This document shows positions 34,101-45,750 of a DNA stretch of 64,000 nt, piece after piece; position 1 is the stretch's first letter; each line of letters begins with the position of its first letter. A program made the position numbers and the translations under genes. This DNA comes from Marsupella aquatica (lineage: Eukaryota; Plantae; Marchantiophyta), in the NCBI GenBank assembly GCA_973895155.1, contig OZ316892.1, positions 12,216,238 to 12,280,237 of the forward strand, given 5' to 3'. The notes beneath the pieces were generated by a model. It searched no databases and was not told where the DNA came from. It worked only from the letters and a program-made list of their open reading frames with translations.

Positions 34101-35220
34101 GAGAAATGACGTGCACTCTCGTGACAATCCATAACAATCTTGTAAATATAAACGGATCAGCCTTTATTTGTTGCATCAATCGGTCTACAGTATACTCAAA
34201 ATAAGATTGTAGAAGTCTTGAGTCAATCAGTACCGTTGTATTATTAATGCTAATATCCAGCTGCCTCTTCTGTAACTAATGTCGACTAGGGCAGTATACC
34301 AGATGAAGGCAGGTTTGAGCTAAGGCTTCCAGACGGCGCTGCCAACCCGTATTTGATGCAGGCAGCCATTTTGGGTGAGTTTTTTGTCGGCAATAGACTT
34401 GTGGGGATATAGTCTTTCCTCCCAGCGTATCGTTTAAAAACCACTGAACATGTCCATGGTGCTTTTAACAGCTAGCGGACTGCACGGAATTGAGAACAAA
34501 CTGGACCCGGGACCTAGGGCTGACTGGAATGGACATCTTCCTCCACCTGCAGGGCAGGTACTTACGATTCTGATATTATTCTGACTTCGTGGCTGCTTCA
34601 TGATGCACTCGCAAGGGCCTTATCCGAATATCAGAATTTCAACTTTTGAGGTATCACGGCACGTGGTTATGGAATCAGAAGGGGCGCTCTCTAGGTACCT
34701 ACGGCTCGTGTGCACGCATTTTGATACTGATCTTGATGTTGGTAATTTTTCCAGAAGCTTGAATTTCTTCCCAACAACCTGCTGGACGCATTACAACAGC
34801 TCTCTGCATCAGAACAATTGAGAGAAGTAAGATACCAGTTTTGCTTTTGTTACTTTTTCTACATTCTAGATATGAAAGAATGGTATCCTTGAGGAGAAAT
34901 CTTTAGGTCATCCGCATCTACGTAAGCTAGGATTGGGGAATGTAGGTACATCAATAAGATCATCTACCCAGCATAAATCAATCGGTCTACAGTATACTCA
35001 AAATAGGATTGTAGAATTCTTGATTCAATGAGTACCGTTGTATTTTCATGCTAATATCCAGCTGCACGCAGTCGTATTTCTGATCAAGACTCTGCTTGCT
35101 TTTCTGCAGGAGTTGGGAGTGGAGCTGATTGAAAGCTATATAAAGTTACAAATGGAGCAGTGGAAATCTTACACAAGCCATCTTAGTCGGTGGGAGCTGG
35201 ATAACACTCTGGACTGCTGA
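31150..35220 (+). CDS. Bacterial-type GlnT/GmaS-like glutamate--amine ligase (glutamine synthetase superfamily), 13 exons, ~439 aa
   Basis: Hand-spliced exons: 31150-31215, 31551-31688, 32012-32140, 32451-32579, 32758-32847, 33011-33119, 33219-33343, 33539-33592, 33877-34007, 34295-34374, 34472-34557, 34755-34826, 35110-35220. All introns are GT-AG and the frame is continuous. Product: MASDKGG...GIKFFLVSFVDLLGVVRSKLVP...GAGFAGYA...IQLPWKQEVAW...MKTGVECEFF...KPCYDQ...YQADHEDGNGQFEMNW...FFKFMVKSIAEKHGFRATFMPKPF...TGNGAHCH...NPTVNSYKRI...GNNRTH...RFELRLPDGAANPY...LPNNLLDAL...TLDC. Confidence 0.93.
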
Positions 35221-35509
35221 TGCAATAGCTTTAGCACGAATAATTCTTTTGGAGTACAGTGAAGCCTGAGGAGGGCTTTGCACACCGATATTGATGTGTC
35301 CTGATGGACTGGTTCGTTTTTGGATCAGCCAGGACCACTTCTTTGTGAATATTACTGGTGTCCTGTGAGTAATTTGTGATTGGAAACGTTTGACTGTTGG
35401 TGGATCACAATCGTTGCATTACTTAAACTGAGCAACCGCAGCCTCGCTCTGTACGGGAAATAGCTCTCAGATTGACGAACCGCCGACTCATTTTGTTCAA
35501 TACAGAGTG

Positions 35510-36100
35510 AAGTCAATAAAACTCAGTAGATTGTCTTGTGCTTTCTAGCGGACTTCTCCAGTAGTTCTGCAATGGATTACTTGCAGTAGTAGCACTATAT
35601 AACAAATTGGGACAGGTAATATACCTTACCAAATTGGTAGAATTCAGTGATACACTATTGTCCCAAACAAGGAAAGCAGTTCTGTATCTCTTAGCGTGCC
35701 CGTAAGAATCCGTTTTCTTGTACAGTGGACTGGAAACACACACGAAGGAAAAATGACCGGACTGATCCAGATATCCCATCTGGTCAAGACGATAGTGAGA
35801 ACCCTTGAGTGCACGAAATTCGATCCTATTCGTTGGCAGGAAAGGCTACTCAAGATATATCTTGCAAGTAATGGAATTTCCCGGAGTAGCTCTTTAGACT
35901 CGAATAAATTAGAGAGTTTCTCAAGAGCGTGTGGAATGAGTCCTAGTTTCAATGCCTGCTCACTTCTCATGCATGTTGCACATGTACTTGCGACAATTCT
36001 TAATAAACCTGAGATTGGTAGACTTTGCAGCTACGCCGAGGATGGCATCCGTTCTCTCGTAATGAAGGAGAACCTAAAGAGCTCACACCAAAAATAAATC
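35510..36100 (-). pseudogene. Degenerate fragment of a third NLR-like paralog (ARM region)
   Basis: Minus-strand peptides HYERTDAILGVAAK and ALKLGLIPHALEKLSNLF...LARYILSSLS match copy 2 DYESKDTILSVAAK and ALKVAAIPGALEKLFNFF...LAGYILVDLS in the same order. Interrupted by deletions and frameshifts. Confidence 0.65.
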
Positions 36101-36114
36101 CGACTTAAACAAAG

Positions 36115-36250
36115 CGCATCGTACTTCAATACGGGATAACGCACTCACGAGAGGGCTTTATCTACACATGTGGATGCATCCTCGCATCGTACTTCAATAC
36201 GGGATAACGTACTCACGAGAGGGCTTTATCTACACATGTGGATGCATCCT
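36115..36250. repeat. Near-perfect tandem duplication of ~68 bp
   Basis: CGCATCGTACTTCAATACGGGATAACG(C/T)ACTCACGAGAGGGCTTTATCTACACATGTGGATGCATCCT occurs twice. Confidence 0.9.
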
Positions 36251-38010
36251 TAAATGTAGCTCAAGCTATTGATTAATTTCTTACACAAAAAAGTCGTCAC
36301 CCGTCACACAAGCAACATTTGTCAGTGCCAACACTTGGCCTGAAGATTACCCAAGTAGAAATTTCTTACCTGTCATTGGGGTTTATTGACCAAAGCAGGA
36401 AGGGCGTTTATTGACCAAAGCAGGAAGGGCGTTGTGTTTCCTTCTAAATTTCTTTGGTGCAATCATCATTGCTATGCGCTTCTTTTCGGCTGGTGAAGTG
36501 TTTGGGTTGGTGGCTTGGAATCAACTTGTAGAGTGCATGGGAAGCGTTTGCATTGGTGGATTGGAAGTGGAATCCGTGCTCATTTGGTTCACATGTTGAC
36601 TGGCGTGATCCATCCTAAAACACACAGAAATTTGTACGAACTCTCCACTTTCCCTTAAATTTCCACGTCACAAAGAGTGGAAGTACAGAACATTTACATT
36701 GAGCTCTTCGGAAACTTTACTTGGGCCTTGAGCTCGGCAGGTATATTAGAATTGACTACTGTAGGCTTGTCACTTTCCTGGTGGAGCTCCACTAAGAGAA
36801 TGTCAAGATGTGGAAATTTGCATTCACATGAAAATCATACCTTCACATTCGATTGGGTTATTCCTGAAAGTCCTTCAACCAAGCAAGGAGTGTGCTACAT
36901 CTCTCTTGCTTCCCCATGTTCCAAGGGCACAAGGTTGTGAGCTTTTCTGTACTCGATCTCGCTAATTACACAAAATTCTCAAATCTAATTTCCAAATTCA
37001 GTATAGATTTCTTTGAGCATTCCACGCACAAACCTTGATGGACGAGAATGAATGAGATGAACAAGTATCTTTACCCCTCAAGATCGTTATCCCAGGAAAG
37101 TACACAATGTAGCCAAATGTTTATCAATGTCCGCTAAACCTCGAAATTTCAAATACATGTCCACAACAAACTACACTTGCGTTGTTAAGATAATGTCACA
37201 ACTTGCAATAGAGTTGAATCTTGACAACAAGCAAACAGACCGAATGTGTGTCGAGTGAAACACCCCGAGACGTGAAAGGTACCACTCCTCAAGTAGACTA
37301 GGATCGCTGTAAGGATGACATGATGTCACTTTTACATCATGTCATCCTTCATCATGTCTCCATAACCAACACAGTTGGTGTACCTGATCACTTCATCTGT
37401 TCAAACTGATAGCTGTGGTTCAATCGCCTTTTCCTGACGACGGCTGAAGAAAGCTTATATCTTCCGATGCAGTGAATACACATTATTATCAACGGGACAA
37501 CATCCCAACTCAAATATATTGGCGAATCGGTGCAATGAACTCAAAGAATTGAATGTACTGAAAATGAGATTGCAAAAATTGCCTCTGGAAGAAGGAACCT
37601 CGACCAGGTAGTCCCGTCATATTCTTCTGAGTTTCCTTGCACTTTCGAAGTTTGTGGCTCGCCCACTGATAATGGATCCTATGTCAGTTCGACAACTTCC
37701 AGAAAGATCCATAATCTCATGAAGTATTTTGAGAATAGCAAGATGGACCCTGTGTTTCAGTAACCCCCCCAAAAAAGTCACTATCACAAACCTTGCACGT
37801 TGTACGTTGCATCCAGACCGTACTGCCGGTTAACGAGCTACTTCCACAAGCTTCAAGATATTATGTGAATCACCTTCAGCCCGCCTGATGATGCCATCGA
37901 AGTTTTTGGGAGTCCCCGAGGCCTCGCAAATGGGCAATGCGGTCACTTCACACGTGCAACGAAACTCAAAAGAATTGAGGCCAATGAGCCAAATGAAAAA
38001 CCCACCCAGT

Positions 38011-41000
38011 TCAATGACTGCTTGAGGCTTCTTCCTCTTGCTCTTCCATCAAAGGACCCAAGGAAGGTTGCCGTGAAGGAGGGTTGGCCGACGACCCCAG
38101 ATTCTTGCCGTAGAGCGTCTGATATACTCTATAAGTACGCTTTGTAAGCACCAAGCTCAAGAGAAGTCCCACAACGCATATCGCTGTCATTATCATGAAA
38201 GTGACTTGAAAGCAGACAGGCCCATTGCAGACTAGTCCATCGTGACTACTAACCATTCTGACGTGAGCTCCAGCTGATCCGTTTTTCTGCTTTGCTGCTT
38301 CTCGGTCATAGAGTGGACCAGCAATGAGACCAGAGAATATCAGTGAGCCAGTCGGCACTGCTATTGTGAGAACATTGTATAATGTCCCGAAGTTTTTCAG
38401 CCCAAATAACTCGGAGGCAGTAGCAGGAAAAACCGACCAATGACAACCGTATCCAAAACCCACCAGGAGTGACCCAATATACATAGACCCGGGCCAGCTC
38501 ATGGCAAATTCTAAATGGCCGAATGCCATCAAACCCTGTGCAATAGCGAACAGAATGGCCCTTGGTGCGGCATAATCCCTGCAGAGGTAACAAGAAATTC
38601 TTCTATCAGTAATCTCATCACATGACATGACCATTGAATGGCATTACAAACAAGTTCACCTTCTGCATGCAGAAGGTGATCTCAGGGTAGGCTGCACCAA
38701 TCCTTCTCCAAGTACAGTACAAGAATAGAGGTCTAGAGTCACCAATCAAATAAACGTGTACTCATGAAAACATAATGTGCCCAAAGCAGAAAAATCTTAA
38801 TAGAAACTAATGTCGCTATAAGTGGTATATATCTATGATTTGACATAAGTATCCACAATTTGATCATGTCTTTGCTGGCACGATGCGTTGTGCAGTGCGA
38901 CCAAAGTGAACTCAAGGGCCTCTAGTGCTTTGCTGATTGACAGACCTATACTAATCCTTCCCACAGGGCTCTAATGATTTACATTTAGCACGCACTTATC
39001 TCATGTGTGCAGGAAAAGCAAGGAAATCAATATTCAGCGCAAGCACTACAGGTTCCTCGTATGACAATAGGCCAAAGACACTAGAATGCCAAGAAAAGGA
39101 AGTAGTCATTCGTGTTCGAGGTTGCAATTATTATTATGCTTATTATTATATTTCGCTGAACAGTGATGCCCCGAAAACATTTTATAGCTGTCTACATAGC
39201 ATATTAGTTCACCCCCGAGGACTCCTGACACCATCGCTGTATTTTCGTTTTAATATGTGATGTCGTCTGGCATACCATAATGACGCCGTAGTTTGTAATA
39301 GCAATTCTCACAGCCGCCTCTCTACGAATGCACCAAGCATAGCTATGCAAATCGAAAGTACGACGGACGGAAGGCCAATCCTTCTTCGAAAGCGACTTGC
39401 CTGAACTGGAGTAGTTTTTCGATTAATCATTGCAATTTATTTCTACAAGTAGTTGCATAACCTTTACGAAAAGCACGAAAACTGGAAATCTTCGATATTG
39501 AAAACGTTCAGGATACAGAACTTGACTTCCTAAAAGGATCAGAAAACTCGGATTAAGAAGTTTCTACAGCTCAAATCGCGACAGAAAGCTAAGTTCACGT
39601 GGCTTAAAGTGACGAATATATTATCCACCCGAAACCAAATTCCTTCACTGGCCCAGCATCATTTAAAAAACAATTTTTACCAAAATATCCCATCTAGGAC
39701 ACTGCAGTAGAGCTGACTACGATACAGGAAAAGTATTCGAAACTACAGGATGGATTATTTACCTGACAATAATCTCTGAAGCCCATCCTGCTCCAATCCG
39801 ACCCAGGAAGCTCCAAATGCTGATGAGAGAGACAAATATGTGCGCGCTAGCAAAACCCTGGGATTCGCCAATTTGACCCAGGTTGTCAATGGCCGTCAAT
39901 CCTGATCCCGCGCCACATACGAGGATGGCAAACAAGAGCCAGAAGTCAGCTTTTACAAGAGCCTGCGACAACGTGAAGTCTTCTCCTCGACGTGGGCCCT
40001 TCCTGCGCTTCAGCTTCACAGCTCCCTCTGCTACTGCCTTCGTCAAACTGGAACGCATGCGCGAGAGTCTCTGCCGGAGGACTCTTTCGGGCACGTTTGG
40101 CCTCATCTTTTCATCCTCCATTTCGCTGAAGTCTGCGTAATCTGCTGCAGGCGGGAATGTCTCGGATCCCTTTTTCTCAACGTCAACTTTCACCTCACGC
40201 CCGCTCTCGTTACTAGCAGACATTTTTGGCGGTTCGGGAAGCAGGGGGGCTGATTCTTCATCCCTGGGAGCGTCATACACTACTAAACGATAAAACGGAA
40301 TACTCAGAGGTAAAAGTAGCAACAACACCAGTCCGAAGGCCAATCCCTTTAGAACTGTAGAACTCACGTCCACGATATCAAGGAGAACCATAGTGCCCAT
40401 CAAGTATGCGGCAATAACAAGGCACAGGCTGTAGATGAAACTGAAGTTTGAGGCATCTGTTTTCAGATTGCTTTGAGCATAGGGAATGGGACGGACGATG
40501 AACAATCCAAACATTGTAACCATGAATGGCCCGACCGCAACCAAGAATATGAAAGATGCCTTGTCCGGAGCATAAAAAGAAGTATAAAGTTGAGTAAATA
40601 TTGCACCACTGAGACCCGTGAACCCTTTCAATATGCCCACAATTCCTCCCCGATTCTGAGGGAAGTTGCCCACACAGGCGACCAGTACACCTGTGTTGAG
40701 GAATGTCTCGCCATTTGTCGCCAAACAAATGAGTATGCACACCTGGAATAAGAGCAACGAACTACGGTAAGAAGTCACCCTCAAGAGGTAAAGTTCAGAC
40801 CTTGTTCACACACTATCGCCACTACCTGTACTCCCAACTATTTGATCTGCTTCGTTGAGTCTACAAATGAGCAATCAAAGCCTCTAACCCTACGAGTGGG
40901 AAAGGTTCCGAATTTGATCTGGCAATCCAAGAATAAACTGAAGCCCACATCCTTAGGCGTGAGAATTAGTCCAGATTAACGGATAGCAGGGAGCCCGCCG

Positions 41001-42046
41001 CGTAACGTTACGGCAATCAGATTCGTAACATGAGCCAATTGAAACCCCTGTTCCCCAACTGTGGTACGTGATTTTCCAGGACATCAGCAAATTTTTGACG
41101 AAGGATTGTCCTAATACAGAACTCCCTCTGAGATCGAAAAGTCTTCTCACAAGACAATGAGGTCACTCGGCACCTGAGATCCTAAAGAATCACAACGGCA
41201 TACACAATCCTCGAAAAATTCCGCCAGATACGTGGACAATCGTTACCGGACACCACCACCCTATAGACATGGACAGCGATCCAGCAGGAAGCACGGCTAA
41301 AGAGTGTAAACAATTGATATGCTTTACATAATTGGAGGAAATCCTTGACAATTCAGTAAGCCCGGGAAAAATAATACTTAGCAAAGCTATGCATAATGAC
41401 AACCCAGGAGCACTTTCCTTGCTGGGATAACGGAAGGGCTGTCAGTAAATGGGAAAACGAGGATTCAGCTTCCTTGGTGCTTGGTAGAAGCGGGCACATC
41501 TCACGTACAATTCTATTGAGAACTGGACAATAGTAGAACGGGCAACATTTCGCACTCAGATAGCCTGCCTCGCCTGGAATTTAGAAATAGCTGAAAAGGC
41601 AATGAACAAGACCCTGGGAAATTCGAATTGGGAGTACGGCAGCTGTCTTCAACGACGAACGAGGGATGCCTGAAAACTGAGAACTGACAAGTGAAAGTTG
41701 AGAAGAGACAAATACTCACAAACCAAAAGGGAACCGCGGGAGCTTGCCCAGTAACAATGAGCCAAAGCCACCCATATCCAAGCAGGTTCATAAGAGCCCC
41801 GACAACGAAAAGGGCCCATATCGGCAGCAGATCACAAAGAGTTCCAGCCAGCAGCCCCACACTGTCGCCAATGTCCTTGGCGACTCCCAAGACGCTGATC
41901 TGTTTCTGACTGTAGCCGAGGACACTCTTAATTACGGGCGAGTAGCTCCCAAATGCGTAGCCCACTCCGTCGCACGCTTGGATGCAGATTGCAACCCCCA
42001 ATACAAGCCATTTGTTCGTCGACAAATCCCGCCATAATGGTCTCAT
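38011..42046 (-). CDS. Nodulin-like major facilitator superfamily transporter (NFD4-like); exons 42046-41720, 40742-39763, 38578-38011
   Basis: NKWLVLGVAICIQACDGVGYAFGSYSPVIKSVLGYSQKQ...LGVAKDIGDSVG; NFPQNRGGIVGILKGFTGLSGAI; GPRRGEDFTLSQALVKADFWLLF; IDNLGQIGES; ASELFGLKNFG; CNGPVCF. GT-AG introns are in phase. Confidence 0.93.
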
Positions 42047-43809
42047 TTTGGCAGCCAGCCGCACCAATCGCACGAACGATTTGTGTGATTCGGAGAATCG
42101 TCGTTTCTGCTCCCGCAGTTCTCTTCTCACCGACCAGCCGATTCGTCGGCCCGACAATTTCTCCCGCCGATCAAAGCGAAAGACCGACGGACCACTGCAT
42201 CCCTTCGTCAAGCCGAGCACATTCCAGCAAGTCGTGATGAAACAACGCTCCTGACCGAGAAATCGCTTTGTCAACTTACCACTGTTGCGGTACTCCCCAC
42301 ACGCATCAGCAAAGCCGCCCTCGGCAGGCGCACTCTCGTCTCAACCTACGAACGGAAGAGTACGAATCCGGCAGATGGGAACGCATACTGTCTTCCTTGT
42401 TTGCCTTGCAAATTTCATACAAATTGCTTTACTAGGATACAGAGGACGAGTGGCTCACAGAGGGAGACGAAACCGTTAAGACATGCCTCTTCTAAGCTAC
42501 AGTGGCCATCAAAGCAAACCTTTAGACGTTCCGATTCCGAGACTATCTTTTGTTAAACTGTATAGTCCCCTAAACCATCGAGAGTGCTTTTGTATAACCT
42601 CCCCACCTACTGTAGGTCAAGAAACGACACAGCGACAAATATAATAAATTGTTCTTCGTCCCCTGGTTCGCCCACTTAGGGCCGCTCATTTAACTATCTG
42701 CACCCCTGGTAGGGTCATCGTATTCCATGTTCCAAAGATCATTGTCTACTGATGGGTGGCTCACCTTTCGGTTTCAGGGCGAAACTAAATTCTTCTCCAT
42801 TCGGAGATGTTTAGGTAGGATACTCTCTATGCAATCGAAGCTTCGGACCAAAGCTCAGGAGCACATTACTCATTACCTCCACCGATCCCTCAGTCATGCA
42901 GAGAGCGAGGAGCTGTTAATTGGCCCCTTGCGACAGTAAGTTTGCTTCTCCCGCTGGTATGGATTAATCATTACTGAGCTCGGTGACGAGACGAATAGAC
43001 GATGGCTACGATACCGTAGTGTTGAACGTTATTGATCACGTTGACCACTGATTGTGGATCTCCATAGACCTCCTCAGCTCTAGTGTGTTCCCAGTGCTCT
43101 AAAAAGCTGCCCCTCCTTCAGAGCGTTTTTAGTGGTCAGCGCACTTTTAGCTCCCACATCTCCTGCCTCCAATTAAAGGGCACAGTAGTTTCTACATTCT
43201 GGGCCTGCCTGTCCGCTGATGCCTTGAGGCCGCTTTCCTGCCACTGTTCTTCGCAGCCCTCCCTGGGATGCTACCCCGAACTGACGAAGTGCGACCTCCG
43301 GTTGCACTGTTGCAGTGTGTGCCTGGCTTAGATCTTCATTGTTTTACAATACACCCCAACCGAATCGATTGACCAATCCCGACCCACGGGCCCCTCCTCC
43401 ATCAATGGAAGCGCACCGGCACGCCAGCGATGGCGTCCATTACGGAGCAGAACCACAGAACTGCAGATCTGCAGAACAGTACGAGAGGTTGCGTCGATGA
43501 TTGCAGCAACAGAGTGATGTTGTACTTGTGGGTACGTCGGTAAGAGATGCAATGAGAGTAGCTGACACGGAGCCCCGCTGGACGGACGCGAATTGCTTGC
43601 GACGAGCGAGCGATGAGCGATGGAGCGATGAGCGATGGAGCTAACGCTTTGCGACTGCGCACGGGCTGCTTGCCGGCACTTTCCGAACACGATAGCGGTG
43701 GCTTGGAAAGTGAGGGGACCGGCAATACAGCACTCTACACTACTACGAGGGCGTATCGAAGCTTCAAAGTTGCTATGATGGCCATAGCTTTTTCAGCGGG
43801 TAATCACAG

Positions 43810-44020
43810 ATCAAAATGTGTTACTATGCTGTGTCCAGACATCAAATTGTGGTAATATGGTGTGTTCGATAATTACATTTCAAAATGTGTGAATATGTTG
43901 GTGTGCACTCATTCACACTTCAAAATGTGGTAATATATTGGTGTGCACTCATTCACACTTCAAAATGTGGTAATATATGGTGTACACTCAATGTGGTAAT
44001 ATATCGGTGTGCACTCATTG
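43810..44020. repeat. Tandem repeat, ~40-bp unit (CAAAATGTGGTAATATATTGGTGTGCACTCATTCACACTT)
   Basis: About 5 imperfect copies visible. Confidence 0.85.
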
Positions 44021-44869
44021 ATTTAAAAAGAATAACTACTGTAGATTTATCATGGTATGGAGAGATTTGGTACACCTTGTATATCATATTTTGATGTGCA
44101 GTTACTGAGAACTCTTTTTCAGAGAGTTATATAAACTTTAGTTTCTTTGGTTTTTTACTAACCTCTACTATGACTTATGATGATCATATGACCAATTTTT
44201 ATCACAAAAAGGCAGTGAGTATAAATTTGATAATCTGCAAAGTTGTAAACTAGGTGACAAGGCAACCCCAATGGGTTATTATAACTTTGTTCTCTGTTGA
44301 GCTCATTGGGGTTTTTGGTTACTAGATTTGTATATGAGCAGGTGTATAGCTCATGGACTATATACAGGATTCATTTTTGGGTTCTCCAAGATCAAATGAT
44401 TAATCCAAGGTGCCTCCGTCAAGAGATACTAAAAGACCCACTAACCATTGGGCTTGGATTTTGAGGTATCATCCTTCCTATATACACTATACTATATAAT
44501 TCTTTAGGCTATATTTAATGTATATACTAAGCAAACAGGTACACACTTGGAAATGCTCTAAGTTCAGGTCTATCAGATTTGAAACTCAAAGCCTCATAAG
44601 TAGAGAGGATGGCTTTGGGGCAGCAGTAAGGTTTTCCATAAGACTCTGTAGATTTTTTCCCCAAGCCTGTGGAATAGTTTATGGTTATGGCATATGATCA
44701 TACTTTATATGGCAAACTGTTAGGATAATGCAGAGGGTTATTAGGATGTAACCTTGTAACAAGAAAGTGAATAAAAACTGTCCAACAGTAGCTAGGAAGC
44801 TTTCTTGAACACTGGGAGAAGGAGTGTAGTCTAGAATCTCAGCCCAAACTGTCATTATAGTACATAAAT

Positions 44870-45750
44870 ATGGTGAGAACATAAATAGATAAAGGACACC
44901 TTGCCCCCAATCTCTGTTTTTCTCTAGCACTCTTAACTTCAGTTATGTCCTTAGAGTCACTGTCTACTGGACTGCCAGTCTTGAACATAACATGACATAA
45001 ATAGATCGAATACACCTCCAATCCCTGTTTTTCTCTGCACCCCTAACTTCAACTAAGCCCCCCATAGTCAGGGTCTAGAGTCTTCACTCTAGACTGTAGA
45101 CTTTGAAGAGTAACATGGCATATATTTAGATTGAGGACACTATGCCCCCAATCCTTGTTTTTCACTAGCACCCTTAACTTCAATTACACCCAAAGTTGCC
45201 CTATAGAGGTTTTACGACTGTAGCCCCTGAAGAGTAACATGACATAATTAGATTAATGAGGACACGTTGCCCCAAAAATCTCCACCCCTAACCTCAACTG
45301 TCCCCCTCTAGTCAGGGTCTGGAGATTTCCCTCTACACTGTAGACCCAGAGGAGTAATATGACATAAATAGATTGGGGACAACCTGCCCCCAATCCTTGT
45401 TATTCACTAGCACCCTTAACTTAAGTACCCCACGGTCATTGCCTAGATGTTTCACTCTAGAGTGTAGATTCTGAAGATAAAAGTGCCATAAAAAAGATTG
45501 AGGACACCAACCCCCAATCCCTGTTTTTCAGCAGCACCATTAGCTTCAGTTATGCCCCTAGAGTCATGGTGTAAAGATTTCACTCTAGAGTATAGACTCT
45601 GAAGAGTAACATGACATAAATAGATTGAGAACACCCTGCCCCCAATCCCTATTTTTTACTGTACCTCTAATTTCAGCTAAGGTCCCCTAGTGGTGATATA
45701 TAAGTTTCACTCCAGATTGTAGACAAGGTGTAGGCCTCGAAGAGTAACAT
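44870..45750. repeat. Diverged tandem array, ~120-bp unit
   Basis: About 7 copies of GAAGAGTAACATGACATAAATAGATTGAGGACACC-TGCCCCCAATCCCTGTTTTTCACTAGCACCCTTAACTTCA...TAGAGTCAGGGTCTAGAGATTTCACTCTAGACTGTAGAC. Confidence 0.85.

Noticed and set aside
31150-35220. Bacterial contamination as the source of the GmaS-like sequence
   Set aside because: It has twelve spliceosomal introns and is contiguous with plant genes and plant transposons.
31150-42046. GmaS-like ligase plus MFS transporter as a methylamine-utilisation gene cluster
   Set aside because: The transporter is an ordinary plant nodulin-like MFS, convergently oriented, and no N-methylglutamate synthase or dehydrogenase genes are visible. 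Adjacency alone is not evidence.
43738-43765. CACTAC / TACGAGGG as a CACTA or mariner terminus
   Set aside because: No matching inverted copy was found in the window.
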